DNA from: an uncultured Thermoplasmatales archaeon | GTDB taxonomy: Archaea > Thermoplasmatota > E2 > DHVEG-1 | Direction of reading: 5' to 3' | Length of the DNA stretch: 64,000 bases | NCBI GenBank assembly: GCA_964410735.1 | Contig: CAYPIF010000107.1 | Coordinates: 6,656 to 70,655 of the forward strand | Shown: piece after piece, positions 1 through 8,671 of the stretch | Layout of the letters: each line of letters opens with the position of its first letter | Numbering within the stretch: position 1 is the first letter of the stretch | Translations under genes and position numbers: made by a program | Notes under the pieces: model-generated | Seen by the model: only the letters and a program-made list of their open reading frames with translations | Databases searched by the model: none | Told to the model about the DNA's origin: nothing

Positions 1-5
1 TGCAC

Positions 6-782
6 TTATCGGTCTTTCCAAACGGGTTTTCTTTTTTCCAGAAACGCTCTCATACCTTCCTGAGCATCCTCTGCAAGGCAATTCTCAGCCATGACCTCTA
101 TCGTATGGGAATATGCGGCCTCTTCATCTTTATTTATCTGATAATAGAAAGATCTTTTACCAAGCTCCAAAGTATAGAGACTGTGTTTTGCTATCTCATG
201 AGCTAGTTCCGCTGTTGCTATTTCAAGCTTCTCAGGTTCCACAACCTTATTGATAAGACCGATCTCTTTTGCCTCATGAGCGGACATGAACCGACCGGTG
301 AACAACATCTCAAGCGCTTTTTTCCTTCCAACGGATCTGCTTAGTGGTACTGCAGGGGTCGAACAGAACAGACCTATCTTTACGCCGGGTGTGGAGAACT
401 TTGCTTTCGTATCAGCTACGGCAAGGTCGCATTCTGCCACAAGCTGGCATCCTGCGGCCATAGCCTCACCATGTACTTGGGCAATAACAGGTTGAGGAAG
501 TTTCTGGATGGTTTGCATTAACAGGGAGCAGGTAGAAAAGATTTTGCGGAAATAATCCATATCATAGTCATCCCCAACCAATTCGCTCATATCATGACCG
601 GATGAAAAATTCTGACCGTTCCCTTTAATGATGACCGCATGAATATCCCGTTCCTTAGCAACCTCATAGAGAGCTTTCTGGAACTGTTCCATGAGCTCAA
701 GCGACAATGCATTCCGTTGTTTTGGACGATTAAGAATGATATATCCAAGATTTCCCTTTCTTTCCAGGAGTACCGATGTCAT
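6..782 (-). CDS. enoyl-CoA hydratase/isomerase (crotonase family)
   Basis: 258 aa. Crotonase-fold motifs: N-terminal 'GYIILNRPKQRNAL', an oxyanion-hole region 'AAGCQLVAECDL', and C-terminal 'AFLEKRKP'. Confidence 0.85.
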   Translation of the reverse strand: MTSVLLERKGNLGYIILNRPKQRNALSLELMEQFQKALYEVAKERDIHAVIIKGNGQNFSSGHDMSELVGDDYDMDYFRKIFSTCSLLMQTIQKLPQPVIAQVHGEAMAAGCQLVAECDLAVADTKAKFSTPGVKIGLFCSTPAVPLSRSVGRKKALEMLFTGRFMSAHEAKEIGLINKVVEPEKLEIATAELAHEIAKHSLYTLELGKRSFYYQINKDEEAAYSHTIEVMAENCLAEDAQEGMRAFLEKRKPVWKDR

Positions 783-836
783 CGACTATTTGTTATCCAT
801 TCAATCTATAAAAAATAATTCAATGTACCATAGTTT

Positions 837-2903
837 TTATTCAATATGCACCACACCGTAATCCTGTATCTTTGGAAGAAAGATTGTTATCATATCTTCC
901 GTAATTTCGTACAATAATGGAACTGATTTTTCTCCAGGGCGGGATAATGATACGGATCTAACCTCAAAAGATGGTTTCAATAGTTGGATCGTTATATCTG
1001 AGGCAGGCCATATAAAATCAAATAGACCAATATGATCATAATTGATAACATGAAGGATTATTCGGTCATCTTCTTCATCGATATATGGTGTTACTACAAG
1101 TTTTTTCCCATCCTTATTAACTGATACCACCGGTGGAACATAAGTGAAAACACAGTCGGCTAATTGCTGCCGATAGGCCTCGGTATATTCCTCAAAGTAC
1201 AACGTCCCATAATCTTTATCAAAAACATAAAAGAGACCATTACCATACGGTATTTCTCCTGAAACATTGTTGTATCCTAATTCTTCAGCATCAAACAACA
1301 AAGCAACACCCCCATTTTCAACAAATTGCTTTACCACCTGTTTCTGATCAGCTGTAACATCAACAAAGGAGGGAACTAGTATCAAAGAAAAATCTTCAAT
1401 GTCCGTTAGCGTGAGAGTTGAGTTGATATAATGATCATCTCCATCAAAAATCACTTCGAAAGGTATGTTAGATTCCGCTAAAGCTTGAGCGCAACCAAGA
1501 TAGGTATTCATATGATACCTCATGCCCTCACCATACAGATATAGTATACCTACCTCACCATACGATTTCATATCAAATGTGTATACTTCTTGGTTATTCA
1601 TCACAAATTCATGGATTTCCTCCACTTGATTCCAGTTTCGTTCGCGAGTAAACAACGGGAAATAATAATTTACAAAAGATCCCTTATTTGCACATGCCTC
1701 AGCACAGAGAACCCCCAATGAATTTGAGAAACCAAAAAGAGGAAAGAACCTCTCATTGATTTCACCAAAAAGAGCAGTATCAATAAGTGTAACTGCAGGA
1801 GCATCTGTTGCAGCAGCAGCAAGACGTTCCCACGCAAGCCATTTTGAACGGGGGAACCGTGGGATTGGTTGATCAAAAAAAGCAGTATATGTATTCTCAT
1901 AAGTGAATAGGTCTAAGAGGTCTGCAAATAAGAGACCTTTCGGCCAAAAACCAAATTGTTGATTGGTGCCAAGGGTATATGAATTTGCACTTATCACAAT
2001 ATCTTTGCCACATGATTCAGCGTATTCTCTTAAAGAGAGGATAAGATGTTTTTTCGCTTCAAAATTTGATTCTTCTAAAAACCGATCATATTCAATGAAT
2101 AATGAATCTGTTTGGGCTCGCTCATCATACGTTAGATTCATAGTAGATGCAATTCGAGATTTCAAATCGTAGGATAAAATGTCATGAATATCAAAAGATA
2201 TGCTAAGGTTCTTATCTGAAAAATGATCTATGAGATATGTTCTGAACCCTTCAATGGTTAGATTACTAAAACCTGGAGCTGGTTGACCAGTGTATTGAGA
2301 TGACCATTGATATAACGGTATAAGGCTGTTACCCTGTATCTCATCAAGAACGATGATATCTGCTCCCGCATCAATCGCTTTTTTACCATGATTAATGCAC
2401 CAGTCTATGAAATCAGGGTTAAGAGCATTCATCCAATATGAATCAGCATCAATATCCCAAGGACATAGCTCCCCATTCACACTTCGGCTTGCAAATACTT
2501 CAAAATCATCCAGTTGCAAGGTTCTATGCCCTTGAATTGTGAGAATAGTTGCAGGTACATAAACTCCTTTAGCATGTTGTGCATCAACAAAATCCTTATC
2601 CGAATCATAGTCTTCTCCATTTAATGCACTGGACAACAAACGTCCAAAAGCAAATGGGGATGAAATATTACCAATAAATCCATTCCAAAGTCCATTTACG
2701 GTAATGTGATACTTCTCAATGTTCTGGTTAGATAATGCACCCATGTCATAGATTTGTACCTGTTGATACCATTTCTCGTTTGTTTTGGTGAGAGGTTCAC
2801 AGGTTATCGTACCGATACCCAATGGAAAACAGGAGGATATAAAAATTGATAGAAACATAAAAAGGGAAAGGAGAAGGACATTATGTTTTTTCATAGAGAT
2901 CAT
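837..2903 (-). CDS. secreted/lipoprotein-like protein, possible glycoside-hydrolase-like TIM-barrel domain; function uncertain
   Basis: 688 aa. Hydrophobic N-terminal signal followed by Cys ('LSIFISSCFPLG') suggests a lipobox. The central 'DAGADIIVLDEIQG' region resembles the catalytic core of a glycosidase or hydrolase TIM barrel. No firm family assignment. Confidence 0.5.
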   Translation of the reverse strand: MISMKKHNVLLLSLFMFLSIFISSCFPLGIGTITCEPLTKTNEKWYQQVQIYDMGALSNQNIEKYHITVNGLWNGFIGNISSPFAFGRLLSSALNGEDYDSDKDFVDAQHAKGVYVPATILTIQGHRTLQLDDFEVFASRSVNGELCPWDIDADSYWMNALNPDFIDWCINHGKKAIDAGADIIVLDEIQGNSLIPLYQWSSQYTGQPAPGFSNLTIEGFRTYLIDHFSDKNLSISFDIHDILSYDLKSRIASTMNLTYDERAQTDSLFIEYDRFLEESNFEAKKHLILSLREYAESCGKDIVISANSYTLGTNQQFGFWPKGLLFADLLDLFTYENTYTAFFDQPIPRFPRSKWLAWERLAAAATDAPAVTLIDTALFGEINERFFPLFGFSNSLGVLCAEACANKGSFVNYYFPLFTRERNWNQVEEIHEFVMNNQEVYTFDMKSYGEVGILYLYGEGMRYHMNTYLGCAQALAESNIPFEVIFDGDDHYINSTLTLTDIEDFSLILVPSFVDVTADQKQVVKQFVENGGVALLFDAEELGYNNVSGEIPYGNGLFYVFDKDYGTLYFEEYTEAYRQQLADCVFTYVPPVVSVNKDGKKLVVTPYIDEEDDRIILHVINYDHIGLFDFIWPASDITIQLLKPSFEVRSVSLSRPGEKSVPLLYEITEDMITIFLPKIQDYGVVHIE

Positions 2904-2949
2904 TAAAATAAAACATTGATTATTATATAATATTTTTTAGTATTGATCG

Positions 2950-4878
2950 TTAATGAACAGTGAACAACCTATCAATCTCATTGATGATGTCATCATGGCT
3001 ATGACCCTGGTGTTTCATATAAGACCCTACTTGTTGGTTACTACCAGTTGTCTCCACAGGTTTTTGTTCAGTTGATTGTGTATGTTGAATGGGCAAGGTA
3101 AAGTAAAATGTGCTTCCTTTTCCAATACCATTACTTTCCGCCCAGATGCAACCACCATGTTTTTCTACGATCCTTTTAGATATAGGCATTCCTAGACCGC
3201 TGCTATCAAAATCATGTCTACTCTCATCTGCCTTATAAAATTCATCGAAAACATGGTTCAACTGCTCCTCATTCATACCAATGCCCTGATCGGCGATTGA
3301 GATGGTTATTTGAAAGAAATCAAGTTTTGTATCGATCCTAATAATACCATTTGGAGGACTGAACTTTATTGAGTTATTCAATAGATTCACAAAGAGCTCC
3401 TGCAGCCTTAAACGGTCACCTGTTACCATAAAATCAGTTGGTATCTTTGTTTCTACTTGAAGATTCTTTGTTTGAAGATTGTACCTGTTATCCCTTAGGA
3501 CCGTTTCTACCAAAGGGCCAAGTTGTATCTGTTCAAGATTGAACATTGTATTTGGTGAGCTTAATTGTGCAAGCTCGATAGTCTTAATAACAAGGTTCTT
3601 CATGTAATCTACATTTCGAATCAATGTATCAACGATTTCTTTATCCTTCCCCTCAGTAATATGTTTCTTAATGACTGGAAGAAGGTTGATAAGAGGCCCA
3701 AGAGGATTCTTAAGGTCATGACCAAGTTGGTTGATGAAATCATCTTTATGTTTTAATAAGGCTTTTACTTCAGCTGTTCGATGTTGAACCCGCATCTCAA
3801 GTGTCTTATTAAGCTCAGCTAGATTCTCTCGATTAATTTCAAGTTCGTTCAGAGCATTATTGATACCTTGGGCAAGCATGCTTACTTCATCGGTACCATT
3901 CAATTTTACCCGCTGCGAAAATGAATTATCTTTTCCAATTTCTTTTACCTGTTTGTTAAGATTAGTTACCCGATTAATAACTGTGCTATAAACGATAAAA
4001 AGAAAAAGACTACCAAATATCAACCCAAGTAGTCCAATAATGATTTGAATAGTGAGAATTGTATGTTTCCCTTGCTGGTAAAGAGCTCTGGATGATATCA
4101 ATTCAATGAGCAACCCTTTCGTACCTTCAGTAGATTCAACAATGGAATATCCTACAATAGTATCCTCAGATACTGGTTTTGTAACAATAGAACCCTCTTC
4201 TAAAGCAATGGAAATCTCACTATCCAAACCTTTTATGAAACTTCCACTGTCCAAAAGGCATAGTGTTACATTCAGATTTGTTAATTCCCTAAGATACTCA
4301 ATCTCATTTGAATCAAGATATCTACCCATAAATAAGGTTCCATGGCTAGGTCCTTCGTATCCACTGGTTATAATCGGCATTGTTGCATAAAACAGCGGGT
4401 CTTCTGATAGAATGAGTATACCTTTTTTGATTTCATCTAATGATTGATGATTGAAAATCGTATCACTGTATGAGATATAATCAATGAGACCTTCAGAAAG
4501 ATTGGTTGTTTCACCATTTAGATAATCTACAGATTTAGCATAATACAAAGAGCCTGTTGAATTTATAAAGACCATGATATTCATCCGGAGGTTCTGGAAT
4601 GTTTCGATCATAAGATTATCATTGATATACTCTGGATGCTCATCAACAACGAAATAATATGTGTCATCCCATGGCGCCCAATCACCAACTTTTGATGCAA
4701 CATCATTCATCTCGCTTTCAATTGCTTGTTGGAATTGAATGACCTGAGCTGAGATCATTTCATCTTCCAAATTTCTATAATTCTCATCGAGAATGATGTT
4801 TGATGCAAAAGACATAATTAAGACTGCGATACAACAGAAAATGGTGATAACTAGAATTATCTTCGCAATAATTTTCAT
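2950..4878 (-). CDS. sensor histidine kinase (N-terminal TM, extracytoplasmic domain, HAMP, HisKA, HATPase_c)
   Basis: 642 aa. N-terminal TM helix, a second TM near residue 280, then HAMP-like 'AQGINNALNELE'. HisKA H-box 'QLGHDLKNPL'. ATPase G-boxes 'DQGIGM' and 'GLGMPISKRIVEKHGG'. No response regulator adjacent. Confidence 0.85.
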   Translation of the reverse strand: MKIIAKIILVITIFCCIAVLIMSFASNIILDENYRNLEDEMISAQVIQFQQAIESEMNDVASKVGDWAPWDDTYYFVVDEHPEYINDNLMIETFQNLRMNIMVFINSTGSLYYAKSVDYLNGETTNLSEGLIDYISYSDTIFNHQSLDEIKKGILILSEDPLFYATMPIITSGYEGPSHGTLFMGRYLDSNEIEYLRELTNLNVTLCLLDSGSFIKGLDSEISIALEEGSIVTKPVSEDTIVGYSIVESTEGTKGLLIELISSRALYQQGKHTILTIQIIIGLLGLIFGSLFLFIVYSTVINRVTNLNKQVKEIGKDNSFSQRVKLNGTDEVSMLAQGINNALNELEINRENLAELNKTLEMRVQHRTAEVKALLKHKDDFINQLGHDLKNPLGPLINLLPVIKKHITEGKDKEIVDTLIRNVDYMKNLVIKTIELAQLSSPNTMFNLEQIQLGPLVETVLRDNRYNLQTKNLQVETKIPTDFMVTGDRLRLQELFVNLLNNSIKFSPPNGIIRIDTKLDFFQITISIADQGIGMNEEQLNHVFDEFYKADESRHDFDSSGLGMPISKRIVEKHGGCIWAESNGIGKGSTFYFTLPIQHTQSTEQKPVETTGSNQQVGSYMKHQGHSHDDIINEIDRLFTVH

Positions 4879-5085
4879 CTTGTTGTCATCCCATCCATGA
4901 AATTATGTTTCTCCTCTATCCTTTGAAATGGTATTGCCTGGGAATTACAATGAACATTTACATTGAATATGATACCGTTTTTCAGATTGATATGAACTAG
5001 AAGAACCTTTCGAAAAAATTAGAAGTTCGATACCCTCTTATCCAATGATCCATGAAGTCTGCATGTATAAAAAAGAACCATGAAG

Positions 5086-5093
5086 TATAAATA
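5086..5093 (+). promoter_or_regulatory. candidate archaeal TATA box (TATAAATA) upstream of the surface-protein/ABC operon
   Basis: TATAAATA lies about 49 nt upstream of ATG 5142. A GAGGAG Shine-Dalgarno sits at 5125-5130. A second TATA-like 'TATAAAAAAG' is at 5066-5075. Confidence 0.25.
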
Positions 5094-5141
5094 GCAAGCA
5101 CGTATAAGCATCATCACGGTGTATGAGGAGACGATTTAATT

Positions 5142-6362
5142 ATGAGATTCAGTCTAAAATTATTCATAGTCATTAGTGTACTGCTCGGTGTAACTTCAGT
5201 TAGTTTAGCAGACCCAACGATCATGGTTACATCATATGTTTTGACACCAAGTGTTCTCATGCCAGGGGATAGCGCTGAGCTGAAGGTAACTATTATGAAC
5301 ACAGAATTGACCTCTACCACAACCACCACCGCATATTATGAAAGTCTTCCAACAATAGTCTCAGTAGAAACAAACGCTGCACGCATTGAAAATATGTGGA
5401 TCGTCCCCGATGGCAATGGAGGCAACAGGATCCAGGTCAACGATAATATCCCAAATATCGGAGATCTCTCACCAGGTTCAAGTGTGACCGTGAGTTTTCT
5501 ACTGACCGCACATGAAAACCTCACAGCAGGATTATATTATCCTGTCTTTCATGCAGACGTTAAAAGCTATCAGGATGTTCAATACCCCATACCCATTCGT
5601 GTAAGCAATCTATCTGCATCACTTTTATCTAAAAACATCCCAAGTAAGATTTCAACAAGTGGATCTACCCCAATCACAGTAACAGCAGTCAATAAAAAAG
5701 AGATAAACGTCGAAGATGTAACGATAACTGCTGAGATCAACGGAACACTACGTATATCACCTCAGACCATCTACATTGGAACAATTGAACCAGAAACATC
5801 AGAGGACATCATGTTCTCCCTTCAACCAAAAACCACTGGATTTTTCAACACAACATTTACAATGACATATCGAATCGGAGAGAACATTCATACAGATACT
5901 CTTCAAGTTCCTATCGAGGTAATTGAAAATAGTGATGTGTCACCAATTATAAACTTCGTACCGAAAACAATGGCACGGAATTCAACGGAAAGAGTGTCTT
6001 TAGAAGTATATAATGCAAAAACCGAAGACATCACTGGCGCAATCGTGATCCCTGAGACCGATCTTTCCGTCTCACCTTCACAGTATTTTATCGGGGCAAT
6101 GGGCCCTGATGATGTATTCTCAGCATCATTTGATGTCACATCAGACGATGTAGAACTCGGCAATCATACGATCAGTTTCAAGGTCATTTTCAAGCAGGAT
6201 AATGAATACTTCGAATCACCCGTTATCACTCGATCTATACAGATTCTAAACCCACCACCGGTGGAAACTGAGTATACAACAGGTATCCTTGCAGCTTCAA
6301 TAATCATTCTCTTAGCAGTCATCGGTTTGTTTTACATGAAAAGGAAACGATCCCGTCGGTGA
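5142..6362 (+). CDS. cell-surface protein, COG1361/CARDB-like, with signal peptide and C-terminal TM anchor ending in a basic tail
   Basis: 406 aa. N-terminal signal 'VLLGVTSVSLA'. Thr/Ser-rich beta-rich body. C-terminal 'ILAASIIILLAVIGLFYMKRKRSRR'. The stop overlaps the downstream ABC ATPase start (ATGA). Confidence 0.7.
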   Translation: MRFSLKLFIVISVLLGVTSVSLADPTIMVTSYVLTPSVLMPGDSAELKVTIMNTELTSTTTTTAYYESLPTIVSVETNAARIENMWIVPDGNGGNRIQVNDNIPNIGDLSPGSSVTVSFLLTAHENLTAGLYYPVFHADVKSYQDVQYPIPIRVSNLSASLLSKNIPSKISTSGSTPITVTAVNKKEINVEDVTITAEINGTLRISPQTIYIGTIEPETSEDIMFSLQPKTTGFFNTTFTMTYRIGENIHTDTLQVPIEVIENSDVSPIINFVPKTMARNSTERVSLEVYNAKTEDITGAIVIPETDLSVSPSQYFIGAMGPDDVFSASFDVTSDDVELGNHTISFKVIFKQDNEYFESPVITRSIQILNPPPVETEYTTGILAASIIILLAVIGLFYMKRKRSRR

Positions 6363-7054
6363 TAGATATAAATCCTGTAATTGTTACAAAAAGCATCAAC
6401 AAGGTCTATGGCACCGGCACTATAACGGTCGAAGCGTTAAAAGACGTCAATCTTGTGATAAACAAAGGAGATTATATTTCCATCATTGGGCCGTCAGGTT
6501 CTGGAAAATCCACGTTGATGAATCTCATCGGTTGCCTCGATAAACCAACATCTGGGCAGCTATTCATCGATGATATCGATGTATCCACTTTAAAAGAGAA
6601 CCAATTGGCAAAGATACGAAGGGAAAAAATTGGATTTATCTTCCAAAAATATAACTTGATACCAACATTGAATGCGATTGAGAACGTTGCACTGGTCATG
6701 GGTTTTGCCGGGGTTGAAACCAAAAAAAGGATGTCACGTGCTCAGGATTTGCTCACAAAGGTTGGACTTTCCCAGCGGATTGATCATAAACCATCTGAGA
6801 TGAGCGGAGGCGAACAACAACGAGTTGCAATAGCCCGTGCATTGGCAAACAACCCATCGATATTACTAGGTGATGAACCAACAGGAAATGTTGACACCGC
6901 ATCAGGCAACACCATCATGGAGATACTTGAGACCATTAATAAAAATGGTGACACAGTTATCATCGTCACTCATGATCCAATGATCGCGAAACGTGCTAAA
7001 AGAATGATACGGATTCAAGATGGAATCGTACGTGAGGAACATGTTCAAGGATAA
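6359..7054 (+). CDS. ABC transporter ATP-binding protein (MacB/LolD-like)
   Basis: 231 aa. Walker A 'GPSGSGKST', ABC signature 'LSGGEQQRVAIARAL', Walker B 'ILLGDEPT', H-loop 'IIVTHD'. Confidence 0.9.
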   Translation: MIDINPVIVTKSINKVYGTGTITVEALKDVNLVINKGDYISIIGPSGSGKSTLMNLIGCLDKPTSGQLFIDDIDVSTLKENQLAKIRREKIGFIFQKYNLIPTLNAIENVALVMGFAGVETKKRMSRAQDLLTKVGLSQRIDHKPSEMSGGEQQRVAIARALANNPSILLGDEPTGNVDTASGNTIMEILETINKNGDTVIIVTHDPMIAKRAKRMIRIQDGIVREEHVQG

Positions 7055-8255
7055 TTTTAATCTTGCATTTAAGAACATCAAAGAGCGATTATCCCGTTCG
7101 ATATTAACACTTCTGGGTATAGCAATTGGAATCATGGCAATTATCTCCCTCATGGGGATCGGCGAAGGGATGAATGTCGCAGTAACCGGTGAACTTTCCT
7201 CATTATCTGATACCGTTCTTGTGAATGTTGGAGAAGGATTTTCAATCTTTTCAATGGGCTCACAGGATAACAACGGAGAATTTCTCACTCAACGAGATAT
7301 CTCAGATATTGAAAGGATCACAGGTGTAAAAGAAGTGACTACACAGTTAACTGGTGGAGGCATACTTACATACAATGGCCAGGATACTGCTGTCACCCTC
7401 ACAGGGATTGAAAGTGAGATGATGCAGGTTCAATATTCAATGGAGGGACTCGAATCAGGAAGATTACTTGAGGAAGCCGATCAAAACATGGTCATCATCG
7501 GATCAAAGGTCGCCCATGATTATTTTGATAATGAGATATATGTAGGCGGAAGGGTACATATAAACGGTCAGAAATTCTTTATCGCCGGAGTTTTCGGAGA
7601 AGAAGGTGCGGGTTTGACCTCCACTGATGATATCGTTCTCTTAAGCCCCAGGGATTTCAAAAAGGTGACTGGTGAGAGTAATATCCACTCAGCAACTGTT
7701 ACGGTGTACGATGTAAACACTGTTGAAGCTATTGCTTCTGAGATAGAACAAGCTATCAATGAAAATCATGGAGACGATGATTTTGCCAGTGCTACAACCA
7801 TGTCCTCCATACTTGAAAGCATTCAAATGGTTCTAGGCATCATCCAAACAGTCCTTGTGGCTATCGCCTCAATCGCATTGGTTGTTGCATCCATTGGTAT
7901 CATGAACACAATGTTGACCTCAGTCATGGAACGGACACGGGAAATCGGTATCATGAAGGCAATTGGCGCAACCAATAAGGACATCATGGTTATTTTCATC
8001 CTTGAAGGAATGCTTCTCAGCATCGCAGGTGGATCAATCGGAATCCTCTTAGGCGTGCTTGGGTCAAGAGGGGTCACAGCAGTTCTAGGCAACATAGGAG
8101 GCCCTCCAGGGAGTGGTTCTCTGCAGCCAGTGATTTCTCTAACCGCTGTCGTCCTTGCTGTGGGTGTTTCAATGATTGTTGGTATCTTCTCTAGTTTGTA
8201 TCCTGCTAGAAAAGCAGCAAAAATGAGCCCGATCGAGGCTGTTCGATACGAATAA
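7020..8255 (+). CDS. ABC transporter permease, FtsX/MacB-like
   Basis: 411 aa. N-terminal TM, a large extracytoplasmic loop, then three C-terminal TM helices; the FtsX-domain pattern 'GIMKAIGATNKDIMVIFILEG' is present. It overlaps the ATPase 3' end. The start is ambiguous (7020 or 7041). Confidence 0.85.
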   Translation: MESYVRNMFKDNFNLAFKNIKERLSRSILTLLGIAIGIMAIISLMGIGEGMNVAVTGELSSLSDTVLVNVGEGFSIFSMGSQDNNGEFLTQRDISDIERITGVKEVTTQLTGGGILTYNGQDTAVTLTGIESEMMQVQYSMEGLESGRLLEEADQNMVIIGSKVAHDYFDNEIYVGGRVHINGQKFFIAGVFGEEGAGLTSTDDIVLLSPRDFKKVTGESNIHSATVTVYDVNTVEAIASEIEQAINENHGDDDFASATTMSSILESIQMVLGIIQTVLVAIASIALVVASIGIMNTMLTSVMERTREIGIMKAIGATNKDIMVIFILEGMLLSIAGGSIGILLGVLGSRGVTAVLGNIGGPPGSGSLQPVISLTAVVLAVGVSMIVGIFSSLYPARKAAKMSPIEAVRYE

Positions 8256-8374
8256 CTGTTTAATTGAATATACTGATTTAAACTTGTTTTTTGTTTTTTT
8301 CTTCAGGAAAACCCATTTATGCTATGAAAATTTCATTACATTTATATATCCCATCCCATAACATACTAAACTTA

Positions 8375-8593
8375 ATGGCATCATTATGGACCTGCCCCAA
8401 CTGTGGAGCAGACATGAAACGTATCGATGATATTGAGCCACCATGCTATGTGTGTTCATCATGTGGTTGTTCAATGGAAGCAGAAGAGCAAAACTTTCAT
8501 AATGGCGAAGTTTGCCCGAACTGCCACAGGCTTTTGAATGGATCCTCTGAATGCCCTCATTGTGGATATGACCTTGGATCAGACTTTGACTGA
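8375..8593 (+). CDS. small double zinc-ribbon protein
   Basis: The protein has four CxxC pairs ('CPNC...CYVCSSCGC...CPNC...CPHC'). The ORF track starts it at 8291, but the likely start is the internal Met of 'MASLWTCPNCG'. No clear SD, so it may be leaderless. Confidence 0.4.
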   Translation: MASLWTCPNCGADMKRIDDIEPPCYVCSSCGCSMEAEEQNFHNGEVCPNCHRLLNGSSECPHCGYDLGSDFD

Positions 8594-8612
8594 CTGTTAT
8601 CACCCCGATACG

Positions 8613-8631
8613 AAAATATGCGATATTTTTT
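8613..8631 (+). terminator. weak AT-only hairpin plus T-run downstream of the zinc-ribbon gene
   Basis: AAAATAT-GCG-ATATTTT followed by TT, in a convergent intergenic region. Confidence 0.2.
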
Positions 8632-8671
8632 GTAGAGTAATCAACGGAACACATAAACCTGTTTTTGGTAA

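Noticed and set aside
1670-1900. Many short ORFs nested in or antisense to long genes (e.g. 1670-1900, 3565-3756, 4106-4390, 12580-12787, 13754-14041, 18891-19475, 32608-33162, 42575-43060, 53776-54135).
   Set aside because: They lie entirely within well-supported genes on the opposite strand or in another frame. They have no RBS and no recognisable protein features. They are typical shadow ORFs.
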